DNA from: a virus
Taxonomy: Duplodnaviria; Caudoviricetes
Virus record (IMG/VR): IMGVR_UViG_3300020477_000013
Coordinates: 32,001 to 96,000 of that record
Strand: one strand, 5' to 3'
Length of the DNA: 64,000 bases
The notes beneath the pieces are model-generated. The model searched no databases. It was not told the DNA's origin and worked only from the letters and a program-made list of their open reading frames with translations. A program made the translations under genes and the position numbers. How positions within the stretch are numbered: position 1 is the first letter of the stretch; each line of letters starts with the position of its first letter. Positions 8,065-18,900 of this stretch are shown piece after piece.

Positions 8065-9231
8065 ATGCCATCTACTGTTAGAAGATCATTGGGGAAAAAA
8101 CCTCCCGAAAAGAAATCTCACAAAAAAGATGAAATAGGAAAGGTTGATATGGTACCTGAGAATGAAAAAGATGATGTATACATCAATACTGATGTTGCTG
8201 GTGACGATTTTGATTTTGTAGAAGCGTATGATGATGATCCTGCTGAGCTTGATGAGAGATTGCTGCCTGATAATACTGCACCTAGCGCAATTTCATGTGG
8301 ATTTCTTGGTATTGGAGGGGGCGGCGGAAAACTCGCCAAGGCATTTATTGACCTAGGCTTTAATAAGACGCTGCTCGTAAATACAACGGCAAAAGACCAA
8401 CCAGGTGGAGTGGATCCCCAGCATTTCTTGCTGGTACCCGGTGCGGATGGGGTAGGTAAGGACATCGAACTTGGCAAGAAGGTCTTAGGTGAACAAAGCG
8501 CTATGGTAGAAGATGCTGTGCGTACCAGGATAGGGACCGTAGATTGGCTCTTTGTCTTGGCCGGCGGCGGGGGCGGCACCGGTAGCGCATGTCATGAGTT
8601 GCATGGTTCCCTGAGTAGATACCTTCAATCCATAGAGTCAGTTGGGAAAGTCGTATATATCGTTACAAAGCCAACTGCTCAAGAGTTGTTAAACCCAACA
8701 ATCTCTAAGAATTATAGCTCGCTGTCTAAGGATGTGGCTGATCACCCTCATATCATCATAGATAATGAGAAACAGCTACAGTTGCTCAGGGGAAAGGTGG
8801 GAATGCTAAATATGTTCCCATCTGCAAATAAGAATTTTGCAAAACTACTATGGCAGGTGCTAAAGCTAGCTTCTGAGCATTCCCCCGTACAGACTTTCGA
8901 CTCTAAGGATTTAGAGCGATGTCTTTCCTGTGATGGCAGGATCGTGTTAGGGAGTACTGTCGTTAGGGATGTAGATAGGAATGACCTAGGATCAATAGTA
9001 TTTCAGGGATGTTTACGATCATCTCCATGCCCTACGCCCAAGGGTTCTACAAAGACTGGTGTTTTACTTCTAGTCGTGGATAATGATATGGCTTCTGACC
9101 CCGACGTCAGCCGCCGTCTAGAATCTGCATTTTCATATGTTGGCGGCCGGGCGGAGACATTATTTTCTGGTGTTTATGTTAAGGAAGGTATACCTGGGCT
9201 AATCGCCATAACCATGCTGGGCGGGTTGTAA
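8065..9231 (+). CDS. tubulin/FtsZ-family GTPase (PhuZ/TubZ-like)
   Basis: GFLGIGGGGGK (T1 loop), LLVNT, GADGVGKD (T3), signature AGGGGGTGS (T4), DNEK, and a T7-like TFDSKDL; about 70 aa of charged N-terminal extension. Confidence 0.9.
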   Translation: MPSTVRRSLGKKPPEKKSHKKDEIGKVDMVPENEKDDVYINTDVAGDDFDFVEAYDDDPAELDERLLPDNTAPSAISCGFLGIGGGGGKLAKAFIDLGFNKTLLVNTTAKDQPGGVDPQHFLLVPGADGVGKDIELGKKVLGEQSAMVEDAVRTRIGTVDWLFVLAGGGGGTGSACHELHGSLSRYLQSIESVGKVVYIVTKPTAQELLNPTISKNYSSLSKDVADHPHIIIDNEKQLQLLRGKVGMLNMFPSANKNFAKLLWQVLKLASEHSPVQTFDSKDLERCLSCDGRIVLGSTVVRDVDRNDLGSIVFQGCLRSSPCPTPKGSTKTGVLLLVVDNDMASDPDVSRRLESAFSYVGGRAETLFSGVYVKEGIPGLIAITMLGGL

Positions 9232-9298
9232 GTTATAAAACTATCATATGCACGTCTCGGTTGATATTTATTAAGATAGATCAACTGGAGATGTATGC

Positions 9299-10495
9299 AT
9301 GGCTACCTTCGCTAATACGCTAAACCCAACTCCCTTCGGCTTTTTCGATAGCGACTCAGGCTTTCAGACAGAGGCTGATGCGATGGTGACGTTTGTAAAG
9401 CGTAAGCTTGGTGATGACATCCTATCTGTTGAACTTACAAAAAAACAGATATGGGCGTGTTTCGAGGAGTCTTTTCTAGAATACGGCTCAGTTGTTAACC
9501 AGTACCAGGCTCAATCGCAACTAATGAATTTATTGGGATTCCCTACAGGTAGTGCTTTATCAGGGTCAACGAATATTGGACCTCACGGATATGAGCAAAT
9601 GCTGGGCAGAGAAAATTTTGAATTTATCTTGAGGCAAGCTGAGCCATATGCAATGGACGCCGGACTAGGGGGATCGTACAATACGGTTACCGGTTCAATC
9701 AGCTTAGAGAAAGAAAAGCAGGATTACGATATCTACACAGACCTTAAGGATGCAGATGGTAATCTCATATTTGACAATGCAAAGAATTCTCCAAAGACAA
9801 AATTGAAAATAATGGAAGTCTTCCATTTCTCAGGTCAGGCCGCCTATCGGTTCTTTGATACAACATCGGCAATTAATTATCTAAATAATGAATTCGATTT
9901 TGAGTCGTTTACTCCGGAGACTGTTTTCTATGTGTTACCGGTATTTGAGGATATCTTAAGGGCCGGGCAAATGGATTTATCAAATCGTGTTAGACGATCA
10001 AATTATTCATATCGTATATCAGGTACGAAGATAAGGATATTTCCTGAGCCTACTAAAGAAGACCCAAAAAAGTTATGGATTAGGGTGGCGTTTAATCCGG
10101 ACCCATTTAATCCTGATTATCAAGATGACACAATTTATGGCGTGAGTAATCTATCGAACGTTCCATATGGAAATCTTCAATTCAATAGGGTTAACAGTAT
10201 TGCACGTCAATGGGTGAGGCAATACACGTTGTCTGCCTGTAAAGAATTATTGGGATATATAAGATCTAAGTTTGATTCTGTCCCTATCGCTGACACGACA
10301 CTGAGCCTTAACGGCGGAGATCTAGTATCCCAAGGAAGAGAAGAGAAAACAAATTTAAAGACTGAACTTAAAGAGATGCTTGATACAATGACGTATGGAA
10401 AGCTCATTGCAGCTGAGGCAGAAGAGGTTGAGTCAATGCAGCGTATCCTTAGGAATATCCCAATTCCTAATGGTAAAGCTATTATAATGGGATAG
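9299..10495 (+). CDS. neck/head-tail connector protein (gp13-like)
   Basis: FVKRKLG..ILSVELTKKQI..CFEES near the N-terminus; WVRQYTL...KELLG.IRSKF...P.....LNGGDL...G.EEK..L..EL near the C-terminus; first gene of the neck-tail block. Confidence 0.75.
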   Translation: MATFANTLNPTPFGFFDSDSGFQTEADAMVTFVKRKLGDDILSVELTKKQIWACFEESFLEYGSVVNQYQAQSQLMNLLGFPTGSALSGSTNIGPHGYEQMLGRENFEFILRQAEPYAMDAGLGGSYNTVTGSISLEKEKQDYDIYTDLKDADGNLIFDNAKNSPKTKLKIMEVFHFSGQAAYRFFDTTSAINYLNNEFDFESFTPETVFYVLPVFEDILRAGQMDLSNRVRRSNYSYRISGTKIRIFPEPTKEDPKKLWIRVAFNPDPFNPDYQDDTIYGVSNLSNVPYGNLQFNRVNSIARQWVRQYTLSACKELLGYIRSKFDSVPIADTTLSLNGGDLVSQGREEKTNLKTELKEMLDTMTYGKLIAAEAEEVESMQRILRNIPIPNGKAIIMG

Positions 10496-10505
10496 GGGAT
10501 AGTAG

Positions 10506-11189
10506 TTGGCAAGGTTATTCATAACTCCTAGAGAGATTGACTTCATAGCTGATGTCAATAAAGAAATAGTTAAGGATGTTATCGGGCAAAAGATTTACTA
10601 TTATCATGTTCGTGAAGACTTATCTGACGTTCATGAGGTGTATGAAGAGTCTATGAATAAGGTCTTTGACCCTCCTATCGAGATAGGTGCTAGGGTCACA
10701 TGGGCTCCAGCCGAAGTTCGGACAAACAAATTTGGTCAAGAGAATTACTATAGCATTGAAGTATACCTGCAAAGTAGGGATATGCTAGACAAGGATATCA
10801 CACCTCAAGCTGGAGATTTTTTTAGCTATGGAGATACTTTTTTTGAAGTGACGTCGATAGCAACTCAATCTAATATATACGGCCAAATAGAGCATACGAC
10901 GGGTGTGAAACTTGTCGGTAAACAGTCACGCGAGGGCCTGATTAGTAAGACCCCAATTGGTCCGACTGACGAAAGTTACACGGATCCAGGTGCGGTACAG
11001 ACAGTATTCGTGCAGCAAAGAGGGTTTAAAGAAAATAAGGAAGGTCTCACGGGTGATGTGAGATCACTCCAGAAAAAAGGCGTTGTTACTAAGCCTATAA
11101 CAGGCCCTGCCGAGGTTGCGCCTGCTGGAGGAAATGGCGAAGAAAATGAGATAGGAACGATAGATTCGGCATTCTATTCAGATTCTTAG
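10506..11189 (+). CDS. neck protein (gp14-like head closure)
   Basis: TTG start with SD; IGQKIYYY...S.VHEVYEES..KVF..PIEI; synteny between gp13-like and gp15-like genes. Confidence 0.65.
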   Translation: MARLFITPREIDFIADVNKEIVKDVIGQKIYYYHVREDLSDVHEVYEESMNKVFDPPIEIGARVTWAPAEVRTNKFGQENYYSIEVYLQSRDMLDKDITPQAGDFFSYGDTFFEVTSIATQSNIYGQIEHTTGVKLVGKQSREGLISKTPIGPTDESYTDPGAVQTVFVQQRGFKENKEGLTGDVRSLQKKGVVTKPITGPAEVAPAGGNGEENEIGTIDSAFYSDS

Positions 11190-11197
11190 GGGTGTAG

Positions 11198-12514
11198 ATG
11201 TCTACTAGGTTTAGCAAACAGGGAGGAAGCAGCGAGTCAATACCTACAGGGTATGAGGGCACTTCTGTACCTGATTTTGAGATTCCTTCCTGTACTATAG
11301 AGGATGTTGACAGAGGACTGTTTAATCTTTTTAATGAAGAAATACCCTTTTATTTCCAACTAGAAGAACAGTCACGAAGGGTACCGGTTATCTTTGCCAC
11401 AGGCGAAAGATTTGCTATATTACGACGCAACAGGCCCTTGAGGGATAAGGCAGGTGCATTAATACTACCTTTAATCTCTATGATAAGGACTTCAATTAGC
11501 CAAGAGGTCTCTAGGGGCTCAGGCCCTGGGCAGACACAACCTCTAGTCGTTAAAAAAAGGCTGGATAAAAGAGACCCGGAGTATCAGCGGCTAATAAATC
11601 GATTAGCACTTAAGAACCAGGATGATGTTGCGACAACATCTCATAAGCTAGAAGGTAAAGGCGACGGAACAAAGCCGGGGACAGTTGGTACCCGTAGGCA
11701 AGTATCTTTATTGACTACCCCTCAGGCAAGAGAGGGTAAGCTATTAACATCGGATCTTAGCAGGAACATATTCGAGATAATTACCATCCCTCCTGTAAAG
11801 CATTTTATGGCTACTTATGAGATTACATTTTGGACCCAATACACACAGCAGATGAATGATATGGCTACTGCTCTTATGAGCTCTTACCAGAATATGCATA
11901 AAAGAACATTCCGGCTTGAGACAGATAAGGGGTACTGGTTTGTTGGCTATGTAACTGCGGACTTAAGTTCAAATAGCAATTTAGATGATTTCACCGACAG
12001 CGAAAGGATCATAAAGTATACATTCACGGTAGAGGTACCGGCATTTATAGTTAATCCTAGCTATCCAGGATCCCCCAATGCGCTTAGGTCGTTTATGTCT
12101 GCACCTGATGTTAATTTTGAAGTAATACAGTCTAGGGGAAATTTAAACAGTGCACCAAAAACCGGTCCTATAAGCGGTGACCCAAATAAATTTATTTTAC
12201 AGGCGCTTGATTCTACTGAAGACGATTTTCCTGGTACATCCCTTGCTGAGGATTCTAAGGCAGGGTCCGACGATAGAAACCTTGAGGGGGGTACCGATGC
12301 TGTAAAAGATAAGACGGCAAATATAGGCGGCGCTACTGCAGGAAAACTTCCTGTCACGGCACCCAAGTTAAAAACTGATCCATTTACAGGTGAAAAATTA
12401 CCGGTTCCTGTACCGGGCAAAGTAACGACCAACAAGGGCGAGACTAGTTATAAGGATCTTAATACAGGAAAGGTCAATATTGAGTTTGGTGACCTAACAG
12501 ATTTAGATTTATGA
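11198..12514 (+). CDS. tail completion/sheath stabiliser (gp15-like)
   Basis: TIEDVD..LF..F...VPVIFATGERF...ILPLIS..RT...YEITFWTQY..QMN pattern; directly before the sheath genes. Confidence 0.65.
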   Translation: MSTRFSKQGGSSESIPTGYEGTSVPDFEIPSCTIEDVDRGLFNLFNEEIPFYFQLEEQSRRVPVIFATGERFAILRRNRPLRDKAGALILPLISMIRTSISQEVSRGSGPGQTQPLVVKKRLDKRDPEYQRLINRLALKNQDDVATTSHKLEGKGDGTKPGTVGTRRQVSLLTTPQAREGKLLTSDLSRNIFEIITIPPVKHFMATYEITFWTQYTQQMNDMATALMSSYQNMHKRTFRLETDKGYWFVGYVTADLSSNSNLDDFTDSERIIKYTFTVEVPAFIVNPSYPGSPNALRSFMSAPDVNFEVIQSRGNLNSAPKTGPISGDPNKFILQALDSTEDDFPGTSLAEDSKAGSDDRNLEGGTDAVKDKTANIGGATAGKLPVTAPKLKTDPFTGEKLPVPVPGKVTTNKGETSYKDLNTGKVNIEFGDLTDLDL

Positions 12515-12594
12515 TGTTGTATTTAAAGAAAAGGTAATTTAGTAAAAGCTCACAATATTTATTTCCGAGAAGTTTAAGTCCAAGGAGACTCTAC

Positions 12595-15500
12595 ATGGCT
12601 GAGCAAACATTTCGTTCACCCGGGTTTTTCGATAATGAGATCGATCTTTCAAACAGAAGTACATCTCCTAGCGGAATTCCAGCGGGTGTTATTGGGACCG
12701 CGAAACGAGGTCCCGCATTTATACCAATCACAGTAGGAAATTTTGCAGATTTCGGAGATCGCTTCGGAAGTTTAGACCCAAATTTGGCGGGTCCCTATGC
12801 TGTTAATGAATTTCTTAAGAATCAGCGTGCATGTACATATGTTCGAGTTTTAGGCTGTGGTGCAAATGAAACCACAAGCGATATAACTACAACTGAGACT
12901 GAGGGAACCGTTAAAAATGCTGGTTTCACAGTTTCAGGTTCAGGGCCTGCTTTAAATAACATTGCTGCTTGGGCAGGCAACGAGCGTGACCGCAGGGCAG
13001 ATGGTGCTGTGCAGTTCTTAATTGCTAGACATTTTGTGTCTGCATCATTCGAAGGTATCGCATTCCCACAGTTTAGTGATAACCAGAGTTTCCCTGGTAC
13101 TGAGTCTGGAAATGATAACATTAACCTAGTACGTGCTGTCCTATTTACCGCGACAGGATCTAGGTTTCATGTCCTTGATTATAATAAGCAATATTCTTCG
13201 GCTAATTGTCTTACCGATGTCGCGTTTATTGCAACGACAGCATCAAATGACAGTGGTGCTAATCCGAACCCATCATTTCCTGCATACTCGTTTAAATTGG
13301 TTCTATCCAATTCAGACGGCAGGGACTTTGCAACGACTGATGGGTCGACAGGTATTAAGGTTTATTCTTGCTCGCTAAATCCGAATGATGAAATATACAT
13401 TTCAAAGGTGTTAAACACAGATCCTTTGAAGTTCCAAGATCATAAGCATGTCTTATATTCTGACTTTGCTGTGGATCATGAGGTTGCACCGCTATCCGTC
13501 ATGGGAGGTCTTAGCCTCGGCGGCGTACAACCAACAATAGCCATCGCATCTGGAAGCTATTTCCGCCCAACTGATAGCGGTAATTCCTCAAAGGTAATGC
13601 AGGAATTGTTCGGTACTTTTGCAACAAGGTACACTAATCCAAAGACAACTTCTATAATATCACAGCCTTTCGGCGAAAAAGAGTGGGATCTTTTCCACGT
13701 TGAGACAATTTCTGATGGTGAAGTTGCAAATGCAAAGTTTAAGTTGTCTGTAAAGAACCTTAAAGCATCAACAAACGATGAATATCCTTTTGGTACGTTT
13801 GACTTAGAGCTTAGGGAAATGGACGATACGGACCTAGACCCACAGGTTATTGAGAAGTGGCCAAATCTTAACATGGACCCAGATAGTGGTAGGTACATCG
13901 CTAGGGTTATCGGTGACAAGAAAGCTTTCTTTAATTTCGACGCTGCGTCAGAGGAAGAGAGAAGAGTTGTTGTCCAGGGTCAATTCCCAAATAAATCTAG
14001 GTTCATAAGGGTAATTCCTAGTACTTTCGTTAAAAATAAAGACGTGCCCAAGGAGGCAATGCCTTTTGGGTTTAGGGGAATTGGGGTCATTAAGACTAAT
14101 GACACGCTAACAGACAGGCTAGATAAAACTATTAACGTCGCAGGTACAAACCTGGGACCCACGCTGATAGGTGCAGATGCAGCGAGACTTTCATTCTGTT
14201 CTGGCTCATATCTTCTCGCATCAAATGCCCAGCCCGAGGGAATATTGCCGGCAGGTCTTAACCTATCAGGCGCTATTGTTCCTCCACTACCGTACAGGTT
14301 CAAATGTACTAGGTATTATATGAAAGGAGCCCAGATAGGCGAAACTGTTAGTTTTGCTGGTGAGCAAGGTGAGGATGAAAGGGCCGACTCTAGGTATTAC
14401 TGGGGAGTCCAAACAGTCAGTGTACCGGCGACAGGGACATTTGGGTCAGGAAATAATGACCTGTTCCGCCCGAATGAAGGTACTACATTTAATGGTATCG
14501 TGAAGGCATATACTAGGTTCGGGGGGATTAAGAAGCTTGACACCTTAGTTACAGGTTCAGGTGCTGATCACTTTAATAGTAATAAGTTTACCCTAGCTAG
14601 GGTGGCATTACCTAATGGCCTCTCTACGACATATCATATAACCGATATTTCTTCTAGCGCAAATGAGCATATGAAGGGCGCTGCCTATATTCGTAATGGT
14701 GTGCCTGAGGTTACAAGATACACGATACCTGAGACCGCCTTGGGGGGACGCGGGAGAATTACATTAGCAACTCTAATCAATTCATCCTCCGTTGTGTTTA
14801 ATCGCTTTACACCCTATGCTAAGTTTACCACCATATTCCATGGTGGGTTTGATGGGTTAAATATCCTAAATGAAGACCAGTTTAGAATGACCGATAAGGC
14901 TTCATCTACGACAACTGGCGGGGGTATGGCAGCAACTGATTATACAGATACAGGCCTAGCAGGTGGAAACCCAGCTGGAACGAAGATTGATAATTCTATC
15001 ATCAGGGCCTATAAGCAAGCAGCGAATATCCTGACTAATCATCATGTGTCTAATGCAAATATTCTGGCAATCCCAGGGATAAGGGATAAGATGATATCTG
15101 ACCATGCCATGGCCAAGTGCGAAGAAAATGGCCAGGTATTTTTCGCGATGGACCTTGAGCCGTTTGACGAAGATGGAAATCGGCTATACAGTGATTCAGT
15201 AAAGCGCCCTGCGGTGCAGACTACTTCTGAGAGATTAGGGCTAAGAAATATAGACAACAATTTTGTTGGGACATATTTCCCTGATGTCTTTATTAATGAT
15301 GCTGTTAATAACCAGGTTGTGAAGGTGCCTGCTTCAATTGCTGCTGTTAGCGCATTGGGATTCAATGACAGTGCCGCAAAGCCATGGTTCGCGCCGGCAG
15401 GCTTTAATCGTGGTTCGCTTGGGTTTGTTTCAAATGTTGATGTTAGGCTATCAGCAGGTGATCGTGATACGCTTTATGATGCAAGGATTAATCCTATCGC

Positions 15501-15882
15501 GACATTCCCCAATAGCGGATTCGTTATTTTTGGCCAGAAGACGCTGCAGGCTGCTAAGACCGCACTCGATCGTATAAACGTACGAAGGATGTTAATCGAG
15601 GTCAAGAGGTTAATTTTTGGGGTGGCTAGGTCTATTTTGTTTGAGCAAAACACTGATGCTACTAGGGCTAGATTTATCTCGCAGGCAACGCCTCTGCTGG
15701 CGCTTGTCCAGGCGGGTCAAGGAATTGAGCAATTCAAAATTGTGATGGATAGTTCCAACAACACCGTTGAGGATGTCGAAGCGAATCGCCTAAATGGGCG
15801 GATCATCGTTGTTCCGACAAGGGCAGTAGAGTTCATCGCGGTTGACTTTATTATAACAGCGTCAGGCGTAAGTTTTGAATAA
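12595..15882 (+). CDS. gp18: contractile tail sheath protein, copy 1
   Basis: N-terminal SPGFFDNEIDLS; C-terminal WFAPAGFNRG...RDTLYDARINPI..F....VIFGQKTL....ALDRINVRR...P.RAVEFIAVDF. Confidence 0.92.
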   Translation: MAEQTFRSPGFFDNEIDLSNRSTSPSGIPAGVIGTAKRGPAFIPITVGNFADFGDRFGSLDPNLAGPYAVNEFLKNQRACTYVRVLGCGANETTSDITTTETEGTVKNAGFTVSGSGPALNNIAAWAGNERDRRADGAVQFLIARHFVSASFEGIAFPQFSDNQSFPGTESGNDNINLVRAVLFTATGSRFHVLDYNKQYSSANCLTDVAFIATTASNDSGANPNPSFPAYSFKLVLSNSDGRDFATTDGSTGIKVYSCSLNPNDEIYISKVLNTDPLKFQDHKHVLYSDFAVDHEVAPLSVMGGLSLGGVQPTIAIASGSYFRPTDSGNSSKVMQELFGTFATRYTNPKTTSIISQPFGEKEWDLFHVETISDGEVANAKFKLSVKNLKASTNDEYPFGTFDLELREMDDTDLDPQVIEKWPNLNMDPDSGRYIARVIGDKKAFFNFDAASEEERRVVVQGQFPNKSRFIRVIPSTFVKNKDVPKEAMPFGFRGIGVIKTNDTLTDRLDKTINVAGTNLGPTLIGADAARLSFCSGSYLLASNAQPEGILPAGLNLSGAIVPPLPYRFKCTRYYMKGAQIGETVSFAGEQGEDERADSRYYWGVQTVSVPATGTFGSGNNDLFRPNEGTTFNGIVKAYTRFGGIKKLDTLVTGSGADHFNSNKFTLARVALPNGLSTTYHITDISSSANEHMKGAAYIRNGVPEVTRYTIPETALGGRGRITLATLINSSSVVFNRFTPYAKFTTIFHGGFDGLNILNEDQFRMTDKASSTTTGGGMAATDYTDTGLAGGNPAGTKIDNSIIRAYKQAANILTNHHVSNANILAIPGIRDKMISDHAMAKCEENGQVFFAMDLEPFDEDGNRLYSDSVKRPAVQTTSERLGLRNIDNNFVGTYFPDVFINDAVNNQVVKVPASIAAVSALGFNDSAAKPWFAPAGFNRGSLGFVSNVDVRLSAGDRDTLYDARINPIATFPNSGFVIFGQKTLQAAKTALDRINVRRMLIEVKRLIFGVARSILFEQNTDATRARFISQATPLLALVQAGQGIEQFKIVMDSSNNTVEDVEANRLNGRIIVVPTRAVEFIAVDFIITASGVSFE

Positions 15883-15922
15883 GAGATACATATAATGGAG
15901 CAATCAATTAGGAGCGCAAAGA

Positions 15923-18900
15923 ATGGGTGAACAAGTTTTTAATAGTGCCGGCATACAAGCTCAAGAGATAGACCTATCAGGTCCTAAGCCTGCAAAGCCG
16001 GAAGGTACACCGGCAGGTGTTATAGGTACTTCTAGAAAGGGAAGGGCATTCGTTCCTATTACTCTCCCGAATATGTCTGAATTTATAGTTAAATTTGGAA
16101 ATACTGACGGGAAACAATTTGCGCCGCTGGCTATGAGGCAGTGGTTTTCAAATGGAGCGCGTGCAGGTACCTTTGTTAGGGTCCTTGGCGCCGGCGATGG
16201 CAAAAAGCGTGTCGAGTCAGGTGATAATTCCGGACGAGTTAATAGAGCAGGATTTGTCGTCGGTGGTCAGGTCATACAGGATAATGGACAGCTAGGAAAT
16301 AATAAATGGGCAGGTGTTAATGCTGCTGGTGGCGGTCATAAGGATGGGACATCAATAGGTAAAGGTATGGCAGGACGTACCTACTTCTTGGGTTGTTTCA
16401 TGTCGGAATCGAAGATTAGCTCGACTATCTTTCGTGAGTCAGGAATTATCCAGGGCTCAACCGCAAATGGTTATGATAATCCCGCTGGTACAGTCAATCC
16501 GTTAACCCAGTCGAAGCCTATCATCCGTGGCGTCTTATTCGCTGCGTCTGGAGTCGCCCTTGGCCTATCGGCTACTATGCACAAGGGTAATGACCCATTC
16601 ACTGATGCATGCGCTATTACGAAGAGGGCTGCCAATTCAGACCAGGGTTTCACGACCGCTGATTACACAGCTGCTGTATTCGGTGGTCAGTCGGGAAGCT
16701 TTACGACGAATGCCGGAGGTTTCCTGGGTGATATTGATAAATCATCAAATGGCGGTGATAAATTTACCATGATCTTGAATGGTATGCCCACCAATGATGA
16801 ATTTAAGAATGTTATTACAGCATCATTTGATCCCAAGGAAAGATCTTATTTCGCAAATGTGTTTAATAAAGATCCTAATAAGTTAGAAAAGGCTGGGCAC
16901 TGGCTTTACACACACTATGACGTCTATCCTGCATATGCAACTATCACAGGCTCAAAGTCAGCGCTATCAGGTACCGATCCAAAAGACTGGGGGGGCCTGG
17001 GTGATATTACAATTGGCTCCGGCCCATCATCCGGTGGTGCACAGATTGCTTTCCTGTTTACAGCGTCGCTAGCAAGAAATAGTGGCAGCGCTGCTAATAC
17101 TGATGCCGACCTTGCATCTTATTTTGACGGGGCTACCTACGGAGTTCCTAACTTTGAGGGCTTCGAGGATAGGTATAGGGCAGCATTTTCCCCCTATGTA
17201 ATATCTCAAGATATGGGTGATGGTGCTAAGAATTTGTTTAAGGTTCATGCTATCTCTGATGGTTTGGGAGGCTATACACCAACCGCTGCTGATCTTCCCC
17301 CTGAGAAAATAAAGATAAGTATTTTAAACCTCAAGAAGTCTAGGTCGACAAATCCCAACCAGCAGTATGGGACATTTGATTTGCTGGTTAGAAAGCTTGA
17401 TGACACTGATAGGAATCAAGTTGTATATGAGAAGCACACAAACCTAGACCTTGACCCCTCTTCTGATAATTACATAGCTAGGAGGATTGGAGATACTCAT
17501 ATATACTGGGATTGGGATAGGGATGAAACAGCTCAAAAACTAGTCGTAGAGGGTAAATATCCTAATTTTTCCAACTATATTAGGGTTGAGATGAATTCAG
17601 AGGTTGACCGAGGCCCGATTGGAATGGAGCCCAAGGCGATGCCGGTCGGTTTCCGCGGTCCTAACCATCTAGTTACATCCGGCTCTGCAATATTTGCTGC
17701 AATGACAGGAGCACTAGGCAGGGTTGGCCCGGGTTCTGCTCCAGGAGCTTTCGCTTCGTCAGAGATCGTTGTTCCGCCGATTCCTTTCCGTAGGCACATT
17801 ATGCGAAAGCGTGGTGTTGCTGACGTCGCTGTTTCATATCTTCACTGGGGTGTACAAACAACAATCCAGGACTCATTGGAAGAGCCCAATAAGAGTTTAC
17901 AGTACAACGATGGTATAGATTCTTACACAAAGTATTTCCCACATTATGCAACAACTTTCGCAAAGGCATGGGTTGGTGATAATGCGGGCGTCTCGATGAA
18001 GGGCGGGACAGTCCTTGACAGTGATAGGTTTAATAATAACATGTTCACACTAGAGCGAGTTCAGGTTGTGACGCAGAGCAGTACTGTCGATTTACCTGAC
18101 CCACTCCAGTGGGCTGCTGCTAGATATCGACGCGATGGAACGTTGGCTGATTTGACAAAATCAGATGATTCAACGCAACCAGGACGATTTATTAATGTTA
18201 AGAAAGATTTCGGTGATTCAACAACACAGTCTTTCCTAAAATTCTCATTCTTCCTCCAGGGTGGCTTCGATGGTACCAACTTGTTTGATAAACAAAAATT
18301 CGAGTTAACAGATCTTGCATGTAGAAGAGAAAAGGATAACACGAACCAGGGTGGTGTCCGAGGCCCAACGGTAATGGCATACAGGAAGGCTATTGATATC
18401 CTTAAGGAGAGAGCCGATGCAGATATTCAGCTGCTCGCTATTCCTGGGCTGAGACATCCTGTTGTCACTGATTACGCAATTGATGCTATTGAGGATCGCT
18501 TTGATGCATTATACATCATGGATATTGAGGAAAAAGATTCTGCAAACATGTATGTTACAGCTTCAGACGTTCAATTAGTTGATGTTACAAATACAGTTAG
18601 AAGATTCGACGATAGGAATTTAGACACATCATTTGCAGCAGCATATTTTCCAAACGTGGTTATCCGCGATGCTGCTACCGCCACAGACTTGACAGTGCCC
18701 CCGACAGTATCTGTCCTCGGCGCATTCGCTCAAAACGACAGGCTGGGCCACCCGTGGTTGGCACCAGCTGGATTCACACGTGGCGCGCTAAAGGATGTTA
18801 TAGACTTGGGCGTAGAGCTTAAGAAGGAAAATATGGATAAGCTGTACCCAAGTGATATTAACCCCATTACTTCATTCCCCGATGCTTCTGGGCCGCTTAT

